Assembly: GCA_965217865.1 (NCBI GenBank)
Contig: CBDCJO010000002.1
Coordinates: 3,616,001 to 3,680,000, forward strand
From: Candidatus Latescibacterota bacterium
GTDB taxonomy: Bacteria > Latescibacterota > UBA2968 > SICM01
Direction: 5' to 3'
DNA length: 64,000 nt
Shown here one piece after another: positions 10,691 through 21,500 of the stretch. Numbering within the stretch: position 1 is the stretch's first letter; each line of letters opens with the position of its first letter. The position numbers and the translations under genes were made by a program. Under the pieces are notes generated by a model. That model was not told the DNA's origin. It worked only from the letters and a program-made list of their open reading frames with translations, and did not search any database.

Positions 10691-12998
10691 TGTTTATCCT
10701 TCGGCTCCGGGCACCACACTCTGGTTCATCGACCGGGAAGGCATCAAGCACCGCTGCTTCGCAAGATTCACGCCTTCATTTTATCTTTATCTGAGCGCCT
10801 CGGGGCAAAAGCGAGCGGAGGACCTTGGGGATCGTGCGCCTGCCCGAACCTCCTTTACGCGGGTATCTCGAAAGGAGCTTTTTTCCGGGAAATGGCTGGA
10901 CATCCTTCAGGTGACTGTACACGCCCCCAAGCGGTTCAGAGAGGTGGTGGCTTTTTACGAGAGGTTTTTTCCGCACTTCGCCTTTTTCAACTCGGATATT
11001 CCGGTTGCCCAGCTTTTTTTGTACGAAACCCAGCTGTTCCCCCTGGCCTTAGGGGAGTACGAAGTGGATGGCGCTGGAGAGCTCAAGGGCTGGACGGTTC
11101 ACGATTCCCGTGAAGCCGTCGAGTATGAGCTTCCCCCTCTGGAGATCATGGTGCTCCGGAACGCGAATGATTTCGTCCCTCCCAAGTACCAACCCCAGAT
11201 CCAGCTTGAGGTCTCCTACGAAGGAAAATCCTATCTGTTCGAGCACAATTCCTCCCTCGAAACCCTGGAGTCACTCAACGGACATCTCCGTCGATGCGAT
11301 CCGGATATCATTCTGACTGAGCACGGGGATGCGACCCTCCTTCCGAAGCTGACCGAACTCGCAAGGCGGCACAAGTTTCCCCTCCTGCTGAACCGAGATG
11401 CGTCAGCGGGATATGTGATCACACGGGAATCGAGTTTCTTCCAGTACGGCCAGGTCATCCACAAAGACGGCGCATTCGAACTCGCCGGTCGCTGGCATAT
11501 CGATGTGGGGAACTCTTTCACGGTGGCCGAGTCGGAGCTTGACGGCCTGTTTGAGATCATGCGGGTCACCCAGATGTGTCCCCAGAAACAGGCCCGGGCG
11601 AGCATCGGAACGGGGCTGGCCTCTTTGCAACTTTCGTGGGCACACCGGAACCGGGTCCTGATTCCATCGAAGAAACGTGAGCCGGAGGAATTCAAGTCAG
11701 CCGCAACGCTTCTAATGGCTGATCGGGGCGGGTTGATCTACCAACCCCCGAGGGGTTACCACGAAAATATCGCAGAGCTGGATTTTGTCTCGATGTACCC
11801 ATCGATCATGGTCAAGCACAACGTGTCACCGGAAACGGTCAACTGCCGTTGCTGTGAAAACAGCAACGTCCCGGAGCTGGGTTATACCCTGTGCGAAAGA
11901 CGCGACGGAATCGTGCGGGAGACCCTCAGGATGGTTTTGGAAAAACGGGCTTACTACAAAAAGATGAAAAGGAGATTCAAGGGGAAGGACGAAAAGCTAT
12001 TCCTTCGCTACGACAGGAGACAGGATGCCTTGAAGTGGATGCTGGTGACCTGCTTCGGTTATCTGGGCTACAAAAACGCCCGGTTTGGAAAGATTGAGGC
12101 CCACGAGGCCGTAAACGCCTTCTCCCGGGAAACGATCCTGAGGGCCAAGGAGATCGCCGAGGACCGCGGGTTCCAACTGGTCCACGCCATTGTAGACTGC
12201 GTTTGGCTTCGAAAGGAGCAGGCGACGGAGAGAGATTACGAGGAACTCTGCCGCATCATTTCCGAACAGGTGGGAATCGATATTTCCCTGGAGGGGATAT
12301 ACACCTGGATCCTTTTTCCGTCTTCAAAAATGGACCCTGTCTTAGCCACGGCCAACCGCTACGTGGGATGGTATCGCCACGGGGAGATGAAGGTTCGGGG
12401 GATCGAGGTCAGGCGTCGCGACACCCCCAAATTCATCAAAAAGATGCAGTCCGAGGTGCTGGACAGGATGGCAAAGGCCGGGAATAAGAGGGAACTGGAG
12501 AGGCTTTTTCCGGAGCTCCTGGGGACGGCCGGGGGATTTATCGAAGACCTTCAAAAAGGCCGGGTAAATCCCATGGAGCTGGTCCTTCGCCGGCGGGTCA
12601 CCAAGGAGGCCGACGAATACTTGAATCAGAGCATCAGCGCGGTGGTCTCGAACATGCTCGACGGGATGGGTCTACACCTTGCCGCGGGGGAGTCGATCGA
12701 TTTTATCATCATCGATCAATCCGGGAAGAGGGGAAGGGAGAAGGCCAAGCCTCTCGCACTCTATTCGTTCGAAGACGGGTATGATATCGAGAAATACACG
12801 GAGTTGGCTTTGAAAGCCCTGGAGACCCTGTTTCTTCCTATGGGCTACGACTTTGACAGGTTGAAACAGTTTTATAACCTCCTGCCCCAAAAAAGAATTC
12901 CAAGGCCAGAAGGACGTCAGTTCGACCTTTTCGATTCGAGCGCCAAACCCTCCCTGCTGAAGAATTGCAAAGTGGAAAATGAAAATTGCAGAATGTAA
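10659..12998 (+). CDS. polB2: B-family DNA polymerase, PolB2 group
   Basis: Motif A LDFVSMYPSIM, motif B KWMLVTCFGYLG, motif C HAIVDC (variant of YGDTDS), KVRGIEVRRRD; exonuclease motifs degenerate; ATG 10659 after ggaagg. Confidence 0.85.
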   Translation: MSNVITGWLFDVYPSAPGTTLWFIDREGIKHRCFARFTPSFYLYLSASGQKRAEDLGDRAPARTSFTRVSRKELFSGKWLDILQVTVHAPKRFREVVAFYERFFPHFAFFNSDIPVAQLFLYETQLFPLALGEYEVDGAGELKGWTVHDSREAVEYELPPLEIMVLRNANDFVPPKYQPQIQLEVSYEGKSYLFEHNSSLETLESLNGHLRRCDPDIILTEHGDATLLPKLTELARRHKFPLLLNRDASAGYVITRESSFFQYGQVIHKDGAFELAGRWHIDVGNSFTVAESELDGLFEIMRVTQMCPQKQARASIGTGLASLQLSWAHRNRVLIPSKKREPEEFKSAATLLMADRGGLIYQPPRGYHENIAELDFVSMYPSIMVKHNVSPETVNCRCCENSNVPELGYTLCERRDGIVRETLRMVLEKRAYYKKMKRRFKGKDEKLFLRYDRRQDALKWMLVTCFGYLGYKNARFGKIEAHEAVNAFSRETILRAKEIAEDRGFQLVHAIVDCVWLRKEQATERDYEELCRIISEQVGIDISLEGIYTWILFPSSKMDPVLATANRYVGWYRHGEMKVRGIEVRRRDTPKFIKKMQSEVLDRMAKAGNKRELERLFPELLGTAGGFIEDLQKGRVNPMELVLRRRVTKEADEYLNQSISAVVSNMLDGMGLHLAAGESIDFIIIDQSGKRGREKAKPLALYSFEDGYDIEKYTELALKALETLFLPMGYDFDRLKQFYNLLPQKRIPRPEGRQFDLFDSSAKPSLLKNCKVENENCRM

Positions 12999-13204
12999 AA
13001 TTAGAGTCTCCGTCGGCTCGAAACCTGAACAGGTAGATTAGCCGACCAACCTGGGACATGCTCCACTTCAGACGCCCGTCGCAGTCACCTGTGATGGGCG
13101 TTGCCATTTCCGGGAGGCTTGCAAAAACCCCATCTCTCTATTATATTGGCATAATCTGTGGAACCGTCGCGCCGGGATCCAAGGGGGACAGGTACTAAGA
13201 AGGA

Positions 13205-13765
13205 GTGTCGAAGATGCGTTTCAAGATCGATCCCGAGCGGGTCCGGACCGCATTCGGCGAGGTCAGGCATGTAAAGGGTTTCGAAGAGAGCTGTGCCCTT
13301 TTTGAGGGGGGAAGGTTGCCGGTCGAGATGCTTCAGGCGATGTCCCTTCGGCCTGAAATCCTGAAGGCCTTCGGACATCTGGGTGAAGGGATCTATCCCG
13401 GGGGCCTCCTGGAACGCAATCTCAAAGAAAAGGTCATCCTGAAGGCCTCGAAGCTCAACGGCTGTCAGTTTTGTGTAAACAGCCATCGCGAAATCATGAG
13501 GCACCTCGGGATCCCCCAGGCCCAGATCGAACAACTCGAAGCACCGGAGAACCTGACGGACCGTGAGTCGCTCGCAGTCCGTTATACCGAGGCGGTGATC
13601 GACGATTCCAATCGGGTGAGCGATGAACTCTTCGCGGATCTCAGCAATCGGTTTTCATCTGAAGAGATCGTGGAGCTCACCTTTTTGATCGGTTTTATCA
13701 GCATGTTGAACCTGTTCAACAATGCCCTTCAGGTGACTTATCGGGACGAATACGAAAAGATTTAG
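13205..13765 (+). CDS. Carboxymuconolactone decarboxylase / AhpD family protein
   Basis: NGCQFCVNSH (CxxCxxxH), FSSEEIVELT..G...N.FNNAL; TTGCAA-17-TATATT at 13119-13147. Confidence 0.8.
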   Translation: MSKMRFKIDPERVRTAFGEVRHVKGFEESCALFEGGRLPVEMLQAMSLRPEILKAFGHLGEGIYPGGLLERNLKEKVILKASKLNGCQFCVNSHREIMRHLGIPQAQIEQLEAPENLTDRESLAVRYTEAVIDDSNRVSDELFADLSNRFSSEEIVELTFLIGFISMLNLFNNALQVTYRDEYEKI

Positions 13766-13767
13766 TC

Positions 13768-14655
13768 GTGAGGGGTTTTATGGATCGAACGAACAACACC
13801 CACCGTCTACGGAAGTTGCTGTCTCGGCCCGGGATCATTCGAAGCCTTGGTGCTCACGATGTATTTACGGCCTTGATCGTTGAGCAATCGGGGTTCGAAA
13901 CCGTTTTCATCGGGGGGTTCGGGACGAGCGCTTCCCTGTTGGGCCTCCCTGACCTGAACTTCCTGACTATGTCGGAGATGGCCGATGCCCTCAGGCGCAT
14001 GGCGGCACGCGTTTCGATCCCGGTCATCGCGGACGGCGACACGGGTCACGGCGATCTCCATAACGTCCAGCGAACCGTCTCGACGTTCGAATCCGCTGGG
14101 GCATCCGGGATTCTGCTGGAGGATCAGGTTGCCCCCAAGCGTTGCGGCCATTTCGCGGATAAACAGGTTGTCCCGAAAGAAGAGATGATTCTCAAGATAA
14201 AGGCGGCCGTGCGCGCCAGGAGCGACCCGGACTTCGTCATCTTCGCCCGTACGGACGCACGCCAGATGAACGGCCTTGACGACGCGGTCGATCGGGTGAA
14301 CGGATACTGCGATGCCGGGGCGGACATCGCCTTCATCGAAGCCCCGCAATCCAGGGGCGAGCTGGAGGAGATTCCCCAGCGGGTCGATTTTCCCCTCTTC
14401 GTGAATATGCTGACGGGCGGGGTTACACCGATATTATCCGTTCAGGAACTCGAAGAACTGGGCTACAAGATCGTTGTCTGCCCGATCGAGTCCCTGATGG
14501 TCTGCGCCCGAGCGATGCGAGACCTGTGCGAAACGCTGAAGACGACCGGACGAGTGGATCGAATTGCGACTGAAGCGATGAGCTTCGACGAGGTTAAGAA
14601 TGTCCTCGGCCTGTCCGCCTATCTTCGCATGAAAGAGGGAATAGAACAAAATTGA
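13768..14655 (+). CDS. Isocitrate lyase / PEP mutase family enzyme (2-methylisocitrate-lyase-like)
   Basis: IADGDTGHG, EDQVAPKRCGH, ARTDA, FIEAP. Confidence 0.85.
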   Translation: MRGFMDRTNNTHRLRKLLSRPGIIRSLGAHDVFTALIVEQSGFETVFIGGFGTSASLLGLPDLNFLTMSEMADALRRMAARVSIPVIADGDTGHGDLHNVQRTVSTFESAGASGILLEDQVAPKRCGHFADKQVVPKEEMILKIKAAVRARSDPDFVIFARTDARQMNGLDDAVDRVNGYCDAGADIAFIEAPQSRGELEEIPQRVDFPLFVNMLTGGVTPILSVQELEELGYKIVVCPIESLMVCARAMRDLCETLKTTGRVDRIATEAMSFDEVKNVLGLSAYLRMKEGIEQN

Positions 14656-14693
14656 TGCAAAGATATGGACCTCCTAATTGATGGAGAGCACTT

Positions 14694-14927
14694 TTGGACA
14701 AACTGGTGGAGGTGAGCAGGGCCTACGGGGAGATAGAGGCCCAGGTCATCCATAGCTTCCTGGAAAGCCACGGCATCGAATCCATGCTGAGAGGCGAGGC
14801 CCTTCGGATCACCCATGGATTTACGATCGATGGATTGGCCGAGGTCCGGATTCTTGTCCGGCCGGAGGACGCCGAAAGGGCAAAGGAGATCATCGCCGCA
14901 TGCCAGAAAAAGGGCGGGGTCCAGTGA
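14694..14927 (+). CDS. DUF2007 (putative signal-transducing) small protein
   Basis: EAQVIHSFLESHGI...VRILVRPEDAERAKEII; ggagag RBS. Confidence 0.7.
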   Translation: MDKLVEVSRAYGEIEAQVIHSFLESHGIESMLRGEALRITHGFTIDGLAEVRILVRPEDAERAKEIIAACQKKGGVQ

Positions 14928-14977
14928 CCAGGCTTGAAGGGGAAGGGGTTTAAATCCGTACTCAAGGGAGAAGAGAG

Positions 14978-15955
14978 ATGGTCGGATTTGCGGTGGTCGG
15001 ACTGAGACAGGGTTCCAATCGAGCCAGAATGGTCGTTGAGACCGACGGCGCAGGGCTGAAGGTTGTGGTCGACCTGAACGCGGAACTGGCCGAGAAGGTG
15101 GGGGCCGGGCTGGAATGCGATTGGGCTGCGGATCTCGACCAGGCCCTGGACCGGAAGGACGTGGATGTGGTGATGATCATGACGCCGAGCGGGACCCACG
15201 CGGATCTGGGCATACAGGCTGCACGGGCGGGAAAGTTCGTTGTGACGACAAAACCGATGGATGTTTCCACCGAGGCTTGTGACCGCCTGATCACTGCGTG
15301 TGAGGACGCAGGGGTCGGGCTGGCCGTGGATTACGAGAGTCGCTACCGGGACAACAACTACCGGGTCGCGGAGGCCCTAAGGCAAGGTTGGCTGGGCAAG
15401 CCGATTCTAGGTGAAGCCCGGTTCAAGTGGTTTCGCAGCCAGGCGTATTTCGACCGGGGAGGCGGTTGGCGAGGCACCTGGAAGATGGATGGGGGTGGGT
15501 CGCTCGCCAATCAGGGCGCCCACCTGCTCGACCTGCTTTGCTGGTTTATGGGGGACCCTGTGACGGTCTACGGGGAGATGGCTGTGATGAATCACGAAAT
15601 CGAGACCGAAGATATCGGACTCGCCATTCTCAACTTCAAAAATGGCGCGAAAGGCGTGGTCGTGGGGACGACAACCTTCCCCGGGGATCCTTATTTCAGC
15701 GCGGAGGTACACGGGAGCGAGGGGGGGGTGTTGATCGACGATGCCCTTAGGGGTGAAATGCGGGTTTTCGGAGAAGGGATCGAGGAACGATTGATGAAGC
15801 TGGAAAACGGGATCCACAGCATCGTTGAGGACGTGGTCCATTCGGTCTCGCACGGGACGCCTGTCCGGGTAGACGGGCGGGAAGGCCGCCGAACTGTTGC
15901 CTTGCTGGAGGCCATTTATCAATCTGCACGAGAGAACAAGGCCGTGAATTTCTAA
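14978..15955 (+). CDS. Gfo/Idh/MocA family oxidoreductase
   Basis: TPSGTH, TKPM, WRGTWKMDGGGSLANQGAHLLD, ETED. Confidence 0.85.
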   Translation: MVGFAVVGLRQGSNRARMVVETDGAGLKVVVDLNAELAEKVGAGLECDWAADLDQALDRKDVDVVMIMTPSGTHADLGIQAARAGKFVVTTKPMDVSTEACDRLITACEDAGVGLAVDYESRYRDNNYRVAEALRQGWLGKPILGEARFKWFRSQAYFDRGGGWRGTWKMDGGGSLANQGAHLLDLLCWFMGDPVTVYGEMAVMNHEIETEDIGLAILNFKNGAKGVVVGTTTFPGDPYFSAEVHGSEGGVLIDDALRGEMRVFGEGIEERLMKLENGIHSIVEDVVHSVSHGTPVRVDGREGRRTVALLEAIYQSARENKAVNF

Positions 15956-15981
15956 TTAGGAGATCCCACGGGAGAACTGTT

Positions 15982-18537
15982 GTGAAAAATGTTCACACCT
16001 ATCACGTGGTACCTTCCATCCCGGAAAGGCTGATGAACCTCAAGGACTTGGCCTTCAACCTCAGATGGGCCTGGGACCACGAGACGATCGCACTTTTTCG
16101 CCGTTTGGATCGGGACCTTTGAGAGGCGACGGGCCACAATCCCGTCCTGATGCTTGGGACCATCGAACAGAGTCGTCTTCGGGAAGCCGAGGGAGACGAG
16201 TCTTTCCTGGCGCATCTGGAGCGTGTCCATAAAGATTACGAACGGTATATGACGGAGCCCGCGTGGTTTCAGAAAGCCTATCCAGAATATAAAGATCTCC
16301 GGATTGCCTATTTCTCCGCGGAATTCGGTCTCACCGAATGTCTCCCGATATACAGCGGGGGCCTTGGGATCCTGGCCGGAGACCATCTCAAGTCCGCCAG
16401 CGAGTTGGGGCTTCCCCTGGTTGGCGTAGGCCTCCTCTACCAGAAGGGTTACTTTCGACAGTACCTGAACGTGGACGGCTGGCAGCAGGAACGGTACCCC
16501 ACGAACGACTTTTACAACATGCCGCTTCAACCTGTCCGCAAGGAGGACGGGCGTCCGGTGTTCGTAGAGCTGCAGTTGTTGGGACGCAAGGTCCGGGCCC
16601 AAGTTTGGCGTGTCCATGTAGGACGGGTCCCTTTATATCTCCTCGACACCAACCTCCCGGCGAACCGGCTCGAAGACCAGGATATCACGGACGAGCTGTA
16701 CGGCGGCGATCGTGAAACCCGGATCCGACAGGAGATCGTCCTGGGTATCGGCGGCATGAAAGCCCTTGCGGCGATGGGGATCCACCCGGAGGTTTGCCAC
16801 ATGAACGAGGGGCACGCCGCGTTCCTCGGTCTGGAACGCGTCCACATGCTTGTCGAAGCCCATGGGTTGACCTGCCGGGAGGCCAGGCAGGCCAGCAGCG
16901 CGGGAAATGTGTTCACGACACACACTCCAGTTCCTGCCGGGTTCGACCTATTCGAACCGGATCTGGTCATGCGCTATTTCGGCGACTACGCAGCTTCCCT
17001 CAACATCCCGTTCGATGTCTTCCTGGGACTGGGTCGGAGCGATCCCTCAGACACGGGCGAGCTGTTTAACATGGCCAACCTGGCGATGAAGCACGCCTCC
17101 GCGTGCAACGGGGTCAGCCGCCTCCACGGTAGTGTGACACGCCGAATGCTACACGCCACCTGGGCGGATTTCCCCGAGCACGAGGTCCCCGTTGCATCGA
17201 TCACGAACGGAATCCATATCCGCTCGTGGATATCGTGGGATATGGCGCAGCTCCTTGACCGCTACCTGGGCCCCAAGTGGATGGAAGGCCCGACCGATCT
17301 TTCGGCGTGGGAACGGGTGTCGCAGATTCCGGACGAGGAACTCTGGCGGACTCACGAGCGGCGGAGGGAGCGGATGGTCGCCTTCGCGAGAAGACATCTG
17401 CTGGAACAATTGGAACGGCGCGGGGCCTCGGAGCACGAAAGGAACGTTTCTCAGGGGGTGCTGGACCCCGAGGCGATCACCATCGGGTTTGCGAGGCGGT
17501 TCGCGACCTACAAGCGCGCGACGCTCATGCTGCGGAACCTGAAAGGCTTCGGCGGATCCTATGTGACCGGGAGAGACCCGCCCAGATCGTCATGGCCGGA
17601 AAGGCACATCCCATGGATCATGACGGGAAGGAGCTGATCAAACAGATCGTTCACTTTGCCCGAGACGAACAGATCCGGCGTCACGTGGTTTTTTTGGAGG
17701 ATTACGATATCTCCGTCGCCCGTTACCTGGTGCAGGGGGTGGATGTCTGGCTCAATACCCCGAGGCGGCCGATGGAGGCCAGCGGGACGAGCGGTATGAA
17801 GGTCCTGGCCAACGGCGGGCTGAACCTTTCAAATTAAGGATGGCTGGTGGGACGAGGGTTATGACCCCTCCGTAGGATGGTCCATCGGCAATGGTGAAGA
17901 GTACGAGGATCACGACTACCAGGATCGGGTGGAGACAGATGCGCTGTATGACCTCCTGGAACGGGAGGTCGTCCCCCTCTTCTACGACCGGGGGACGGAC
18001 GGCCTGCCGAGGGGATGGATCGCAAAGATGAAGGCCTCCATGAGCAAGCTCTGTCCTGTCTTCAACACAAACCGGATGGTCCACGATTATGTCGAACAGT
18101 GCTATCTTCCGGCGGCGCGACGGTATCGGAGTTTGACCCAAAAGGGAATGGAGCGCGTGAAGGAGTTAATCGCCTGGAAGACGAGACTCCGGCAGCAGTG
18201 GGGTGAGGTCCGCATCGAAAGTGTCGACGGAGAACCGCGGGAGAATGCCAGGGTGGGGATGCCGTTTGCCGTTCGAGCCCGCGTGCGCCTCGGTTCAATC
18301 GAACCCCAGGAGGTGTCGGTTCAGATCTACAACGGGCTTCTCGACACGAATAGGGATCTCCCCGAGGGATCGGTGATTCCGATGAGCTGGGAGGGAACGA
18401 TCAAAGACGGCGCCCATCTCTATCAGGGGAATATTCCCTGCAACTCCACAGGCCTGCACGGTTTTTCGATCCGGGTCATCCCTTGCCACGAGGACGCCGT
18501 TATTCCCCTTGAACTTCCCCTGGTGGTGTGGGAGTGA
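15982..18537 (+). pseudogene. glgP: Alpha-glucan phosphorylase with three lesions
   Basis: AYFSAEFG, YSGGLGILAGDHLK, HMNEGH, FARRFATYKR, EASGTSGMK; in-frame TGA at 16120-16122 (Trp position), frameshifts at ~17539 and ~17831. Confidence 0.88.
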
Positions 18538-18545
18538 GCTTCGGA

Positions 18546-21500
18546 ATGCCCATCTCGTTTTTTGCCCTACTCCTTCCCCTTTTTTCCCTCAATGCCGACA
18601 CCCTGCCTCAGTACGCTCCCCGAGAGATCCTGATCAAGTACCACCCCCACAGCCGGTCCAAACCCGCGGTCTCGCGCCTTGCCCGGCGTGTTGGGGTCCT
18701 GTCCGAAGTGCCCCTTCTTCCCCAACGCCGTATCGGCGCCGCCAAGCCCGTACGGAACAGTGAGGATCTTGAGCTCGTGTCGAAGTTACGGCTCGCCCCT
18801 GGTACGGATGTAGCCGGTGCGGTTAAAGCTTACCAGGCCTCAGGCATGGTCGAATACGCGCAGCCCAATTACCTCTACCGAACGATGGATGCCCCGAATG
18901 ACCCTCGTTTTTCGGACCAGAGGGATCTCCAGACGATCAACTGGCTGGCCGGATGGGAGCTCAACCTGCCGGCTGGGAAGACTTCCGTGATTGCGATCAT
19001 CGATTCTGGCCTTGACTATCTTCACGAGGACATTGAACCGGTTTTGTGGACCAATTCCTCCGAGGTCGATGGGACAACCGGGGTGGACGACGACCGAAAC
19101 GGTTATATCGATGATATCCGCGGGTGGGACTTCACGGACGCCCTGGACATCGCCGGGAGCGGGGATTATCTCGATCGCGACAACGACCCGATGGATGAGG
19201 GGGGGCACGGGACGCACGTCGGGGGAATCGCGGGGGCCGCGGTGGACAACGAGGTCGGAATCGCGGGGGCAAGCCCTTCCAGCAGACTGATGGCTCTCCG
19301 CGCGGGTTTTATATTCGAAGGTTCGACCTTCCTGGAGGACGACGACATCGCGGCGGCGATCGCCTATGCCGTTGAAAACGGAGCGGACGTGATCAATGCG
19401 AGCTGGGGATGCGATGAGATCTCCCAGGTCATCCGGGATGCCGTTCGGTATGCCGCCCGCAACGGGGTGACGATCGTTGCCGCGGCAGGCAACGGGGGAA
19501 CGGCTTCTCTGGTCTATCCCGCCGCTCTCAGTGAAGTCGTTTCGGTCGCAGCCCTGGACCCGCAGGGAAGCCTGGCCAGTTTTAGCAGCTTCGGCGAAGC
19601 GCTTGATCTGGTGGCACCCGGTGTCGGCGTCCTGAGCACCCGTCTGGGGGGGGGGTATCAAAGCCGGTCCGGCACCTCGCAGGCCACGCCCTTCGTATCC
19701 GGACTGGCCGCCTGGATCCTGGCTCTCAATCCCAAATTTTCACCGGAACAGGTCCGAGCTGATCTGAAGGTCTCCGCGACGGACGTGGGCAATTCGGGAC
19801 GGGATGCCACGTTCGGTTCCGGCCGCATCGATGTGGCCGCTTCTCTGGCCTCCCTGAGCGCCCCCTTTGTACAGATTATAACTCCCCCCTCAGGATTCGG
19901 AGTGTCGAGTTCCGTGGAGGTGACAGGCGTTGCAGGGGAAACGGGGACGGCATATCGTCTCGAGTGGGGATCGGGGACGGACCCGGTCACATGGGCACTG
20001 ATTGAAGAAGGTGCCGCGGAGGGGAGGCTTCAGACACTTGGCACCTGGACCGTGACCGGGTTGCCGGATGCGGTCTACAGTCTCCGGTTGCTGGCTTTTC
20101 CCAAGGACGGCAAGGAGGTGGAGAGTCGGGCGATCCAGACTCTGGATCGAACGCCACCGGTCTTTGTTCGCCAGGGTGTGGTTTCACGACTGGACAGTGC
20201 GGTTTCGCGTTATTGGGTCGAATGGGCCACCGATGACCGGGTGGAGACCACGCTCCATATCCGCTCTTCGGGCGCGGTAACGACCGTCGAGGTATCCGGG
20301 ATTGTAGAAGAAAATTCGAACCCCCTTCCCGACGGTCTTCCACCCGGACCGACATCGGTATCTCTTCTTGCCAGGAGCATATCAGGCCTGTCGTCACAGA
20401 GCCCGGATACGACCTTCGACCTGATGACCGAGTTCGTGTCCAGCCAGGGATTTACTCAGGTGGCGACGCTTCCGGATGGTTATCTGATCAACCGGCCATC
20501 CGACATGGACGGGGATGGCCGGCCGGAGATCGCCCTGATGCCCTATATCCCGGGTCAACCCTTCGGTCGTGTGAAGCTTTACGAGAAGGGGGAGGAATGG
20601 TCTCTCAACGAGATTTTTACGAGCGACGAGGACTTCCTTCCGTGGAATGTGGGGGATGTCAACGGCAACGGCAGACAGGAGCTGATGGGGGCAAATGTGG
20701 GCCGTCTCCGGCTTTTCGAAGGAGCCTCGGAAGGTGAGTTGCCGACCGAGGCCATCGTGGATATGTCCGATACGTGGGGAGGGGATCTGGCCGATCTGGA
20801 TGCAGATGGACGGCCTGAAATCGTGGCAAGATCGAACCCGCAGCATTCCCTTCGCGTCCTGAAATGGGTAGGCTCATCTCTCTCGGAGGTAGGCCTGCTC
20901 TCGAACACGACGGACGGGGAGAACAATCTGGGACCTCGTTATGCCATTGCGGACTTCGACGGCGATAGTCGCCTGGAGATCGTCTCGGGAGACTCGGACG
21001 GGGATCTGATTTTGTTTGAGAGAATGGAGGACGGAACATACGCGACCACCTGGACGGAGATCGGAAGGCCGAACGCCGATGCTCGGATCCTGAACGGAGG
21101 TGCGGACCTGGACGGGGACGGAAGACTGGAATTCATCGTCGCCCGAACCGACTCGCTTCCCGGCGACGATGTGGAACGCCGTTGGATCGTGTCCGTCTAC
21201 CAGTCGTCGGGGGATGATACCTACTCCGTAGAATGGCAGATGGAGATTCACGGCGTCTCTTCCACGGGCAACGGTGTCGCGATCGGTGATCTGACGGGGG
21301 ACGGAAAGGTCGATTTCGCAGTCTGCGCATTGCCCGACCTGTATCTGTTCACAGGGGCAGGGACCGACGATTACCGGGCGATCTGGTACATCCCCGTCGA
21401 TCTGACCTACCTCCCCGTGATCTCGGACCTGGACGAAAACGGCAGGCCGGAGATCGCCTTTAATCAGGGAGGCATGGTCCGGCTGTTCGAACGGGATGAA

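Noticed and set aside
10659-12998. PolB as a prophage, casposon or pipolin marker
   Set aside because: No integrase, Cas1, virion genes or terminal repeats; motifs and neighbours fit PolB2
16120-16122. TGA read as Trp (alternative genetic code)
   Set aside because: Many genes end in TGA, Trp is TGG elsewhere, and the same gene has two frameshifts
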